A DNA stretch of 64,000 nucleotides from Promethearchaeota archaeon (GTDB lineage Archaea > Asgardarchaeota > Lokiarchaeia > Sigyniarchaeales > SOKP01): contig JBHLPW010000019.1 in NCBI GenBank assembly GCA_048939015.1, forward strand, positions 13,765 through 77,764. The letters run 5' to 3'. Position 1 is the stretch's first letter. Each line of letters opens with the position of its first letter. The notes under the pieces are model-generated. The model saw nothing but the letters and a program-made list of their open reading frames with translations, did not search any database and was not told the origin of the DNA. Of this stretch, positions 30,435 through 40,355 are shown piece after piece. The position numbers were made by a program, and so were the translations under genes.

Positions 30435-31847
30435 ATGTCTAAAGAACAATCTGATGTAGAGGAAGAATATACCTTAAAAAAAGCTATATTTTATAGTTTT
30501 GCTGGCTTTACAGATGTTATATTTTTACAATTTTTTACTTTTTTAATATTTACATTCTATTTTTCTATAATAGAATTGCCTGCTGGATTGATATCTCTTG
30601 GTTTCATACTTTGGGCAATATGGAATGCTTTTAATGACCCTATGCTTGGTGCTATTTCTGATAGATCAAACTTTAAAATGGGTCGAAGAAAACCTTTCAT
30701 TATAATAGGTCTAATTCCACTGCTTGTTATTAATATTCTACTATTTACTGCACCTAGAGGACCAGATCTTTTAGCATTTTTATACTTCTTGATCATAATT
30801 GTAATATGGGAGCTTTTTTATACAATGTATTCGTTAAATCAAACCAGTTTGTTTCCAGAGATGTTTCGTGATTTAGAACAAAGATCTAAAGCTAATAATT
30901 CAATCCAATTTTTTCAAGTGATATCATTATTGATTGCTTTTTTATTGCCTGGATTCATTATTACAAGCTTTACCAGTGAAGACGTACCTATTGGAACTAC
31001 ACATTTACAATACATACTAGCTGCTGTAATAATTTCTATTATTTGCGCAATAGGGGGATACATTTTTATTAAATTTGGATTAAAAGAAAGAATTGAGTTT
31101 TCTAAAGATTATGAAAGAACTCCGCCATTTAAACAAGCATTAAAATATACATTCGGATACAAATCGTTCAGGTTATATATATTTGGAAATTTTGCGTTAT
31201 GGTATGCATTTAATATGATACCCACCATAATGCCAATTTATGGATCTGTTTGTTTGGGGGTCCAAGATGCTTTAATTCTATCTTTAATACTTGGTACTGG
31301 TTTTGTTTCGGCTGCAATATTTGTATTTCCATGGCGAATAATTGTAAATAAACTTGGTGCTAAAGGATCTTATATACTATCTTTGATAGTTTTTATTATA
31401 ACATTGCTACCACTCCTATTTATTAGAGGAGTTCTTCTCGGTTTTATATTCTTCTTTTTATTAGGAATAGGGTTGGCGGGAGTATTAATTGTTAGAGATA
31501 TTACAATTGCGGCAATTATCGATGAGGATGAGTTAAAAACGGGAGTAAGAAGAGAGGGAAATTTCTATGGAATAAACGGTTTTGTTGTAAAATTTTCTAA
31601 TGTAATAGTATTTCTCTCAATAGGACTAGTATTTATTGGAACAGATTGGAATATCTTTGATCTTAGCACAGCAGAATATGCAGTGGAATTTGGACTTCGA
31701 AGTCTTATGGTTATATTTCCAATAGTATTTTTAATCATTGGAATAATAGCTATGAGTTATTTCCCAATCGACAAAGAAAGATATACACAATTAACTGAAG
31801 ATGCTAGGAAACTACACTCTGAGAAAAAGGCAAAACTGATATCTTAA
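30435..31847 (+). CDS. MFS transporter, GPH (MelB-like) sugar:cation symporter
   Basis: WNAFNDPMLGAISDR...GRRKPF; IIDEDELKTGVRREG. Confidence 0.92.
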   Translation: MSKEQSDVEEEYTLKKAIFYSFAGFTDVIFLQFFTFLIFTFYFSIIELPAGLISLGFILWAIWNAFNDPMLGAISDRSNFKMGRRKPFIIIGLIPLLVINILLFTAPRGPDLLAFLYFLIIIVIWELFYTMYSLNQTSLFPEMFRDLEQRSKANNSIQFFQVISLLIAFLLPGFIITSFTSEDVPIGTTHLQYILAAVIISIICAIGGYIFIKFGLKERIEFSKDYERTPPFKQALKYTFGYKSFRLYIFGNFALWYAFNMIPTIMPIYGSVCLGVQDALILSLILGTGFVSAAIFVFPWRIIVNKLGAKGSYILSLIVFIITLLPLLFIRGVLLGFIFFFLLGIGLAGVLIVRDITIAAIIDEDELKTGVRREGNFYGINGFVVKFSNVIVFLSIGLVFIGTDWNIFDLSTAEYAVEFGLRSLMVIFPIVFLIIGIIAMSYFPIDKERYTQLTEDARKLHSEKKAKLIS

Positions 31848-32008
31848 ATTTTAATATAGTAAAATTTTTACTTTTTTTTTTCTAATATGATGATAGAATA
31901 GAGTTGTGTAAGAATGATTTAATTTATAAATATTCATATTGAAAATTAACTATTAGATTTACTTAAAAGGTTAATAGAAAAAGAAAAAAAGATTATATTT
32001 AGAAAAAA

Positions 32009-32587
32009 TTATAGTTTAGAACCACAATTAGGACAGAAATTTCCTCCGGATTCGATTTTTTGACCACAATAAACGCAAAAATTCTTTCCTTCTGTCGATA
32101 AAGGCTCATCTATTTTTTTGGGAGGTGCAACATATTCAGTCGCAGGAGTATACTTTATTGGTTGCCCTAAGATAATTTGTCCTGAATCAGCATCAAAGCT
32201 ATACTTTAAATAACCCTGATTTCTCAGATCTACTAACACACGTAGTAATATACTAGGTTTCATACCTATTTCTAATGCAATATGTTCAAGTTTATATGTA
32301 CCTTGAAAGTTTCGTTGAGCAATAGCATTCTTAACAACTTGTTTATATTTATAATTTCGATAAAGTTGTTCGAATCCTCCAATAAAAATAAAAAACGCAG
32401 GAATAAAGAGCCAATAACCCCACCATGCAAGACCTATGAATGGTATACCAAAAGTTCTAAAAAACAGTGATAAAATTCCGACAAAAAGGAAAACTATTCC
32501 CGTAGCGAATGTTCCTATAGCTGCTTCATAAGATTCTTTATAATAATACCTATGTCGATATTTACTATCTTCACTCATTTTTCTCAT
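32009..32587 (-). CDS. Two-TM protein with PCI-like winged helix and C-terminal double zinc ribbon
   Basis: Two TMs; LEHIALEIGMKPSILLRVLVDLRNQGYLKYSFD; CVYCG...CPNCG. Confidence 0.7.
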   Translation of the reverse strand: MRKMSEDSKYRHRYYYKESYEAAIGTFATGIVFLFVGILSLFFRTFGIPFIGLAWWGYWLFIPAFFIFIGGFEQLYRNYKYKQVVKNAIAQRNFQGTYKLEHIALEIGMKPSILLRVLVDLRNQGYLKYSFDADSGQIILGQPIKYTPATEYVAPPKKIDEPLSTEGKNFCVYCGQKIESGGNFCPNCGSKL

Positions 32588-32721
32588 TTAATATTTTTTG
32601 ATAATATCTTGTAATATAACAATCAAAAAGAAACTATATTGATATTTCTTGAATAGTCCAATTTTTATAAAGTTGATCAAATAGAAACAGAAAGAGTGAG
32701 TATTTATATTAATGCTCTAGG

Positions 32722-32818
32722 AAAAAAAAAAAGCGAGAGAATTTTTGAGAAGAGTTTTTTCGAAGGGAAAAGATGATTAGCGAATGACTTAATTAGAAAA
32801 TCTTCTCACCATTCTCTC
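32722..32818 (-). terminator. Long imperfect stem-loop followed by a T11 tract downstream of the NYN gene
   Basis: Arms 32735-32759 (GAGAGAATTTTTGAGAAGAGTTTTT) and 32795-32818 (AGAAAATCTTCTCACCATTCTCTC) are complementary; the A-run at 32722-32732 is a T-run on the minus strand. Confidence 0.45.
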
Positions 32819-32893
32819 TGGTAGGAGAAAATTGTTCAGAAGAACAATCATTATTCTTAATTTTTATTTTTAAACTAGTAACTTTTTTAAAAG

Positions 32894-33409
32894 CTAATAT
32901 CGAATCTCATCCAAGATTGTATCAATATAATTTACATTTTCCTGTCCTGCCTCTTCTATCAAAGATCGTGAAATAGATTTCTTAAAACTCCAAATTTCTA
33001 TTTCTTTCTTTAATTCTTTGAGTTTTTTTACAACATCGAGAAAATCAGAGTCACCACTTATTAAAACTGCCTTATCATAAGAGTCTTCTTCAGCTAATTC
33101 TACAATATCTTTATATATAAAAATATCTACTCCTTTCTGCTTTTTTATTCCAGTCGGAGAGATTATTACCCGTTTTGGTTGAATAATAAATCCTTGTGCT
33201 TTTAAAAAGTTTAAGAATTTTAATTTTTTGGGTAGAATCTTATCAGGGATTCCCATGTAGAGGATGAAGCCAACCAAATGATGATTTTTAGCAAAGAGTT
33301 CTTTTAATTTTAAATAATCAATCCTAATTTTTAGATCTTCGATGTTATGAAATAAATTAGCATGATCACAGAATATTATCATTCTTTTTTTCTCTACTAT
33401 TTGTTCCAA
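32894..33409 (-). CDS. NYN domain (LabA/DUF88, PIN-like) protein
   Basis: FCDHANL, QKGVD, LISGDSDF, S..L. Confidence 0.9.
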   Translation of the reverse strand: MEQIVEKKRMIIFCDHANLFHNIEDLKIRIDYLKLKELFAKNHHLVGFILYMGIPDKILPKKLKFLNFLKAQGFIIQPKRVIISPTGIKKQKGVDIFIYKDIVELAEEDSYDKAVLISGDSDFLDVVKKLKELKKEIEIWSFKKSISRSLIEEAGQENVNYIDTILDEIRY

Positions 33410-33602
33410 TCCTTAATTCCCTTTGTATAATTAATTACCATTTTTGTTAAAGCAACATAAACTCTCTTAGATAATTATTTCAAATACTAATCTAATATCT
33501 GGTATAAAAAGGTGTAAATTTTTCTTCCAAGTATTATAATAGAACAAATAGCAATTAGAGACTTTGAGGATTTTGTCTCATGACATCATTATTTGAAAAC
33601 TA

Positions 33603-35219
33603 TTAAAAAATACTAAAAGCTTTTCCCATCCAATATACAACTAGGTAAGATGTTGGTACAGCTTGTTCTAAACCAATATCTTCTGGTCTATTATTACCTC
33701 CCTGTCCGTAGAATTTACTATGCTCCCATAGGAAACTATCAATTCCCATTTCTGAAACTGTTAAAGGCAAAATATATAACGGAGATTCAAAATCAATAAG
33801 ATCTTCTAACCAGGAAAATAGCCCACCATAAACATGATTATCAAAGAAGTTAAGCCACTTTTCTTTATTAGGTTCAGTTTCCATTTGAGCAATATTAGGG
33901 TTAATACTTGTCGCTCTTGTAGAATTTGGACGTACTTTGAGATTATAGTCTCTTATTCCATTTCCCCATCCTGATGTGTTAAATCTCCATAACTGATCAA
34001 GTACATCCCATCTTATCATTTCATCATTGTAGTTAGGATCTTCAAATTTGGATGGGTTATTTATTAATTTCATAAAAACGAGATGTATAATATTAAAAAA
34101 TGCGTTTCTATGGTACTTAACATATGTATAAAACTTATTTTCAAATTTTTTTATATAGTGATATTGTAAGTGGGGATTATCTTCTAAAATAATTAAAGCA
34201 AATTCAACATCCATACCAAAAGCAAGTGCATATGTATCATACACGGTATTCTGTTTTCCACCCATAGCAGCTTCATTCATAGTAAGCATTTTAGCAGCAG
34301 CATATTGATAAAGTGAGTTATATTTTTCAGGTAAAGCAGTAGCGCCTATTCTAAGTAGAGTTAATTGCCAAATACTCCCTTCAAAATAAGGATTTAAGTC
34401 AGATCCTACAGGTTCACCGTTTCCTCCTAGAACGAGCCAATTTGTTTTTTTAAATCCTTCAATCATCTGTTCGACAAGTAATTTTACACGATCAACACAC
34501 CATTGACTTTCAGAATTTAGATTGGGATCTATAAATCTTAAAACACATGCAAATCCTAAATAATATCCCGCAAGTTCATCTCTACTCGTATGGAGTCTAA
34601 CTCTCCATTTTTGGTAAACACCTGTACCATTGAAGTGTCGTTCATCTTCTTCAAACATCCAAGGATGATATTTTCGGTTTTCTGGAGCACATACAAATCT
34701 TGCAGGAGTCCCGGGATAATCTGGGCCAATTCCTCCATTAGGAGCTGCAAGCATATTACTAAAAGCGGACACACATTTTTTGACCATTCTAGTAGCATTT
34801 AATAATTCATTGGCATCACCTTCATCTAAAGCTGCTTTATATCGAAAACATTGAGCAGCCAAGGTATACCCAATTTTTAACGCTCCGTTATCTGTTCCAT
34901 GCCATGTCTCAACTTCAGTATAATTATCATTTGTAAATGTAATATCAACACTTATATTAGTAGGCATGTGGAATTTTTCCATTTGGTTATCATAAATATT
35001 AGCCATCTTTTCAAGATAAGTTATATTACCTAATATATTATCTAAATTATAAAAATAATCTGTATCGGGAGGATCCAAGTTTAAAGTAAAAGAAGCAACA
35101 TCCTCTATTATATAAAAACATAAGCCAGCAAAAGCTCCGAAACTAATGAGAGGTAGTAAAAAAAGTAATGTAACTATAGTATTTTTTTTCTTTAGGTTCT
35201 TACGGGTTCTTATCCTCAT
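33603..35219 (-). CDS. Membrane-anchored extracellular hypothetical protein, possibly an alpha/alpha-barrel glycoside-hydrolase-like enzyme
   Basis: N-terminal basic + TM segment; DNGA...LAAQCFRY, TSRDELAGYY, YLVVYWMG. Confidence 0.55.
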   Translation of the reverse strand: MRIRTRKNLKKKNTIVTLLFLLPLISFGAFAGLCFYIIEDVASFTLNLDPPDTDYFYNLDNILGNITYLEKMANIYDNQMEKFHMPTNISVDITFTNDNYTEVETWHGTDNGALKIGYTLAAQCFRYKAALDEGDANELLNATRMVKKCVSAFSNMLAAPNGGIGPDYPGTPARFVCAPENRKYHPWMFEEDERHFNGTGVYQKWRVRLHTSRDELAGYYLGFACVLRFIDPNLNSESQWCVDRVKLLVEQMIEGFKKTNWLVLGGNGEPVGSDLNPYFEGSIWQLTLLRIGATALPEKYNSLYQYAAAKMLTMNEAAMGGKQNTVYDTYALAFGMDVEFALIILEDNPHLQYHYIKKFENKFYTYVKYHRNAFFNIIHLVFMKLINNPSKFEDPNYNDEMIRWDVLDQLWRFNTSGWGNGIRDYNLKVRPNSTRATSINPNIAQMETEPNKEKWLNFFDNHVYGGLFSWLEDLIDFESPLYILPLTVSEMGIDSFLWEHSKFYGQGGNNRPEDIGLEQAVPTSYLVVYWMGKAFSIF

Positions 35220-35316
35220 TTAAACCATTAGTGTAAAAAATAAGAAATTTTTTATAAATATATTTTTGATGTCTTTTTATTTAAGTTTTGAATTCTTTTA
35301 GTTTTCGATTGTATTA

Positions 35317-36063
35317 TTATTCTTTTATTACTTCATTCAGCCAATTCGACTCTTTACTTAATTTCTCATAGATGGATTTATCTCCAAAATCTCCTCTAAA
35401 TTGATTCTTTTCCATTTTAACGACTCTAATTTTCCATTTTCGCAAATTAATTCCATTTCTTATTGCATCTGTTAATTCAATTTCACCTCGCTTAGAAGGT
35501 TTAAGAGTTTTGAGGAGTTCGAATATTTCTGTTGAAAAAATAAAAATTCCACAATTATTAAGATTTGATTTAGATTTTCCAATGGATGGTTTTTCTATGA
35601 TATCCTTTAAGTAATCATTCTTAGTATAAATGGCACCACCTTTATATGGATCTGCTGTATAATTTGATACTAGAATGAAATCTTGATTCTCTATTTTAAA
35701 TACTTCAAAAATATCCTTATAGATTTTGTAGGGAACTAAAATATCGCCCCAGGTTAAGAAAAAGTGTGAATTCTGAATTAATTCTTCGCATAGTAATGCT
35801 GCTCCACCCGTTCCATTAAGAATTTTTTGTTCTAAATATTCTATTTTTATTCCGTATTCATTACCATCCTTAAAATGATCTATTATTTGTTCTTTTCTAT
35901 ATCCTACAATAATAATTAGATTTTCAAAACCCGCATATATTAATCCTCTTACAATATATTCTAATAATGGTTTTCCATGAATTAATATCATTGATTTTTG
36001 ATATATATCGGTGTATGGCCTTAATCGTTTTCCTAAACCTGCACATAATATTACTGCTTTCAA
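35317..36063 (-). CDS. Sugar-phosphate nucleotidyltransferase
   Basis: AVILCAGLGKRLRP, GTGGA, WGD, IIEKP, SKRGEIELTDA; 4-nt overlap with the kinase. Confidence 0.9.
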   Translation of the reverse strand: MKAVILCAGLGKRLRPYTDIYQKSMILIHGKPLLEYIVRGLIYAGFENLIIIVGYRKEQIIDHFKDGNEYGIKIEYLEQKILNGTGGAALLCEELIQNSHFFLTWGDILVPYKIYKDIFEVFKIENQDFILVSNYTADPYKGGAIYTKNDYLKDIIEKPSIGKSKSNLNNCGIFIFSTEIFELLKTLKPSKRGEIELTDAIRNGINLRKWKIRVVKMEKNQFRGDFGDKSIYEKLSKESNWLNEVIKE

Positions 36064-37166
36064 AATGTTTCCACACCATTACTTAATTCCACTTTAAATG
36101 CTTCTCCTCCCATATTTTCGATTGAATCAACAAGCTGATCTTCTTTTCCAGGAAGAATAGCAAACATAGTACCGCCAAAGCCTGAACCATTAATTTTTGC
36201 TCCAAAAGCCCCTAATTCTAAACTTTTAGATATCATTTTCTCAATTTTTTCAGTTGATACACCAATATTTTCCTTTAATTGATAATGATGCTTATTCAAT
36301 AAATCTCCTAGTTTCTTATAGAAATTGTTTTTAAACATTTTATTCTTAAAATTTTCTTTAAAAGTTTTATTAAAGATTAATCCTTTTGCTTTTGTCGTTA
36401 TATCGCGATTTATAATATTTCCAATTATCTTTTTCTGATACTCTTTATTAAGATTAGGCAAAAATCCTTCTACTTCTTCTAAAGAGGTATGGTATTGGTT
36501 AAAATTTGGCATGATTTCTTTAAGTTTTATAAAACTTTTCTTTGTAATTTCTTTTACTCTAAATAGATCTTCTACAGTCTCTTTTTTTTCTAAAGAATTC
36601 CCTAAAACAAATCCCTCGAGTTTAACCTTTTTATTAATTATCTCTGGACTATTTTCCTTTGGGTTTAGATGTAATATTCCCCCAAAAACAGAAGTAAAAT
36701 GATCCATATTCCCACCTCCTTCATTAAATTCTCTTACTTCTGTATCATAGCCCATTAGAGATAATTGGTAATTATTTATTTTTTGATGATTTCCACTAAT
36801 TAAATTTAGGAAATATAACCATGCTATAACTAATGCGGATGAACTTGCGGCTCCCGCATTAATTGGGATGTCTCCAAAAATTTTAACATTATACCCTTTT
36901 TGGAATTTATAACCTTTTCTTAAGAACTGATTATAAGCGCTTCTAAGATAATCTCTATTTGATATATACTCCAGTTCTTTATTATTTAGTTTTATTTCAA
37001 TCTCTTCATTCAGATCTGCAAGGTTAATAGAAAGATATGAGCTAGAAGTCTTTTTTGCTTCTAGATAAATGTACTTCGATATTGCTAAAGCAATTACAGC
37101 ATAGCCAAGATAATCTTGATGTTCCCCAAATAGTGTAATCCGACCAGGAGCTCGTATACGTATCAT
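36060..37166 (-). CDS. GHMP sugar kinase, galactokinase-like
   Basis: APGRITLFGEHQDY, IPINAGAASSSA, GNMD, GAKINGSGFGG. Confidence 0.88.
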   Translation of the reverse strand: MIRIRAPGRITLFGEHQDYLGYAVIALAISKYIYLEAKKTSSSYLSINLADLNEEIEIKLNNKELEYISNRDYLRSAYNQFLRKGYKFQKGYNVKIFGDIPINAGAASSSALVIAWLYFLNLISGNHQKINNYQLSLMGYDTEVREFNEGGGNMDHFTSVFGGILHLNPKENSPEIINKKVKLEGFVLGNSLEKKETVEDLFRVKEITKKSFIKLKEIMPNFNQYHTSLEEVEGFLPNLNKEYQKKIIGNIINRDITTKAKGLIFNKTFKENFKNKMFKNNFYKKLGDLLNKHHYQLKENIGVSTEKIEKMISKSLELGAFGAKINGSGFGGTMFAILPGKEDQLVDSIENMGGEAFKVELSNGVETF

Positions 37167-37305
37167 AAAATATAATGATTATTATATTACACAGATATCA
37201 TGAATGTATTATAACTCTTTTTTTTTAAATTACAATAGATACTATTGAGTCATATAATAGCCATTAAATATGTTTAAAAATATAAGATATTTATCCCTGA
37301 GATAG

Positions 37306-38052
37306 ATGATTTGCGACGTTATAATAATTAAAGATGGATTACCTTTATTTTCTAAGAATTTTTCTAATTCAAACATTAATCATCTTCTATCTGAGGAAGA
37401 TAATCTTATTATGGTTTCGGGTTTTTTTTCTGCGTTAAACTCTTTTTCAGATTCATTCAATTCAATGGGTACAATTTCCGAGTTGAAATTATCAAATAAT
37501 AACTTAAAGTTATCTTTCTTAAAAGATTCAAATGTTCCAGATTTAATCTATCTCGCTACTTATGATAATAAATCGGAATTAAAATATGTGCAGCAATTCC
37601 TCCATACAATTTCCAATTTTTTTTTAAAAGAATATGGTATTGATAAAATCTCAAACTGGAATGGAAAGTTAAATTATTTCAAAAATTTCGAAAATATTAT
37701 TATAAGTTTTCTTGATGAAGAAAAGAGAAAAAATCAATATCAAACTAATGACAAAATATTTGAGTTCTTCAATAGTTTTGTGGATGATGATATTAAACCT
37801 TTAGAATTGAAAAAGGAGGAAGAAATTGTAAAAGAGATTCCTGAATTCTATGAATATATCCCGAACTTCACAACCTCAAAAAAAATTAATCCAAAATATT
37901 ATCTAACCGGAGATAATTCATGTAAAGTTTATGAAGAAATCGATGGTAAAAAATCTGTTAACCAAATATCTGAAGATCTAAATATTGATCAAACCCAAGT
38001 TTATAGTGTCTGTAAAAATCTCATAAAACTTGGATTTATCTCATTTAATTAG
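37306..38052 (+). CDS. Longin-like domain + C-terminal winged helix (Asgard eukaryotic signature protein)
   Basis: VIIIKDGLPLF...MVSGFFSALNSFS...ISELKL; C-terminal IDGKKSVNQISEDL...CKNLIKLGFI. Confidence 0.75.
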   Translation: MICDVIIIKDGLPLFSKNFSNSNINHLLSEEDNLIMVSGFFSALNSFSDSFNSMGTISELKLSNNNLKLSFLKDSNVPDLIYLATYDNKSELKYVQQFLHTISNFFLKEYGIDKISNWNGKLNYFKNFENIIISFLDEEKRKNQYQTNDKIFEFFNSFVDDDIKPLELKKEEEIVKEIPEFYEYIPNFTTSKKINPKYYLTGDNSCKVYEEIDGKKSVNQISEDLNIDQTQVYSVCKNLIKLGFISFN

Positions 38053-38188
38053 AGTATAAGTACTATTTTTACCAAAAAGTTAAAATTGATTATTTTGTTA
38101 CCCCCTCCATCACATTTTTTGGTTTCAAAAAACATTAATAATCACATATTATTTATTCATTTGTGTAAAAAAGTAGTAGGCGTTAAAA

Positions 38189-40321
38189 ATTTCATCATCA
38201 GCACAAAAACCATCAGCTATTGATGCTCTTATTGAAGAGCTAAAGAATATAACAGGATTGAAGTTAGATCAATACCAGAGAAAGTTCCTGGAAAAAAGAA
38301 TTGACTTTAGGATGAAAAATTTAAGCTTGGATTACTGTCAAGATTATATCACATATATAAGGCAGAATCCTTCTGAGATCAATCATTTCCTAGACAAATT
38401 TACAATTAATTATACATACTTCTTTCGAAATCTTTCTGTTTTCGAGAATTTTGAGAGATTTATCAATCTTTATTGTAATCAAAACAATAATAATAGGACA
38501 CTTCATATATGGTCAGCTCCTTGTGCCACTGGTGATGAGCCCTATACAATTGCCATGATTTTAGATCAGCTTAAAAGTAAAAACAAAAATTTTCCAGATT
38601 TTCATATAGTAGCTTCTGATATCGATCCTTCGGCTCTAAATATAGCTCGTAAGGGATTATATGGAGAATATGCGGTTCATGAAATTCCACATGTTTATCT
38701 TGAGCAATATTTCACGAAAAAGGATACAAAACTAGGTTCTCAATTTATATTAAATACAAGTATTAAAGAGAAAGTGGAATTCATACAAGAGGATATAATA
38801 AAAGGTCATCAAAATCATCAGAAATATGATGTTATTTTTTGTCGTAACTTTTTTATATATATCAATCAATTTGCTCGAGAAAAATTACTAAGAATTTTAG
38901 AATCTCGACTATATGATGGTGGATTATTAGTTTTAGGAGGATCAGAATCTATTCCAAAAAATTGTAGGTGTTTTGAATCAATAAATATGAGAGATAGATT
39001 ATATATTAAAAACTTACCTACTCAAGATATAAGTTTTAGAAACTCTGTTCCCTATTTGGCTAATGTTCAAAAGACTTCTATAGAAGGGAGGGAGAGAGAA
39101 AAACCAATAAATATAAGAAAACTTATACCTAATACTATAGAGATTAAAAAAATACAAGAAAAAACAGAAATTAAGGAAAATCTTAAAGAAACCTCTAAAT
39201 TTTTAGACTTTCCTGAAAAAGAAGTAAAAATACGTAAAGTAAACCAAAAAGAAATTATCCAAGATTTAAATGAACTCGAAAACATTGAGGCAGAAGTTAG
39301 AATTACTGGGATTGAAGTCAATAGTAGTTACAACGGATTTTTAAATGGAACTAAGAAGAACCAATTGAAAGAATCCGTAAAAAAAGACATAGAGAACAAT
39401 AAAGCTAACAATGAGTATGAAAGACGTAAAGAGTTGAAGCAAAGAGAATTAATTCTAGAACAAAGAGAAAAAATCATTGAAGAACGAATAGCCTATTTAG
39501 ATGGAAAGTACAAGAAAATAGAGAAAAAAAGGAAAGACATAGATAATACTCTTAAAAAAATAAAGAAAAAAGAAGAAGAAGTAAAAAACCGTATTGAAAT
39601 CTTAGAACGTCTTACTAAACAAGTGGAACAAAGAGAAAAGTTAGTTGAACAAAAAGAAAAGCAATTTGAGCGGCGTATACGGCAAGTCGGAGATTATACT
39701 AGGCAAATAGTTCATAATGAAGTTCTAATAAATGGGAAAAAAAATGGAGAAATTGAAAACAATCTCGAATTTGAGAGTTTTGATACGGAACGATTAGATC
39801 GAATTGATAATCCCAATAAAAATAAAGAATTAGTTATTCCTATGGGATATTATGCTTTGATTAATTCATTTGATAAAAATGAAACAGCAACTAAATTCAT
39901 TATTCAAGGATTAGGATCAGGTATAGCTTTAATTTTTAAAGATGCTGTGAACAACATTTTTGCTATATCCCATATTTCGTTACCTTCCTCATCCGCTTCT
40001 AAACAAGGTTATCATCTTCTTTTCCCGCATACTTTTGTGGATACTTCAGTTAAGGATTTATATAATTTTTTAATTTATAATGGTGCAAATAGCGCGAGCA
40101 TTGAGGCTCTTATAGTAGGAGGTGCGAAGCTATTTTTAGATTATGATATGACATATCAGGAAAATATTGATGCTGTGAAGAGAGAATTAGAAAAAATGCA
40201 AATAAGTATAGTAGGCGAAGATACTGGTGGATTAAGTGAACGTGCGATAATCTACGATACAATAAATGATTCTCTTCATGTTAAAAAGACTTGGGAATTT
40301 GAATATAGAAAAATTGCTTAA
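38189..40321 (+). CDS. CheR-type methyltransferase - coiled coil - CheD-like fusion protein
   Basis: CheR motifs TINYTYFFRN, IWSAPCATGDEPYTIAM, ASDID, DVIFCRN; EK-rich coiled coil; CheD motifs GLGSG...SHISLP...FVDTS...VGGAKLF...EDTGG. Tracked start is TTG at 38258, but the frame is open to ATT at 38189. Confidence 0.85.
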   Translation: MSSSAQKPSAIDALIEELKNITGLKLDQYQRKFLEKRIDFRMKNLSLDYCQDYITYIRQNPSEINHFLDKFTINYTYFFRNLSVFENFERFINLYCNQNNNNRTLHIWSAPCATGDEPYTIAMILDQLKSKNKNFPDFHIVASDIDPSALNIARKGLYGEYAVHEIPHVYLEQYFTKKDTKLGSQFILNTSIKEKVEFIQEDIIKGHQNHQKYDVIFCRNFFIYINQFAREKLLRILESRLYDGGLLVLGGSESIPKNCRCFESINMRDRLYIKNLPTQDISFRNSVPYLANVQKTSIEGREREKPINIRKLIPNTIEIKKIQEKTEIKENLKETSKFLDFPEKEVKIRKVNQKEIIQDLNELENIEAEVRITGIEVNSSYNGFLNGTKKNQLKESVKKDIENNKANNEYERRKELKQRELILEQREKIIEERIAYLDGKYKKIEKKRKDIDNTLKKIKKKEEEVKNRIEILERLTKQVEQREKLVEQKEKQFERRIRQVGDYTRQIVHNEVLINGKKNGEIENNLEFESFDTERLDRIDNPNKNKELVIPMGYYALINSFDKNETATKFIIQGLGSGIALIFKDAVNNIFAISHISLPSSSASKQGYHLLFPHTFVDTSVKDLYNFLIYNGANSASIEALIVGGAKLFLDYDMTYQENIDAVKRELEKMQISIVGEDTGGLSERAIIYDTINDSLHVKKTWEFEYRKIA

Positions 40322-40355
40322 ATTAATTTAAAGTACTGAGATTTTTAGGGAGATT

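Noticed and set aside
32735-32818. SECIS element
   Set aside because: ATGA/GA-like bases occur on the + strand, but the neighbouring genes are on the minus strand and none shows an in-frame TGA suggesting a selenoprotein
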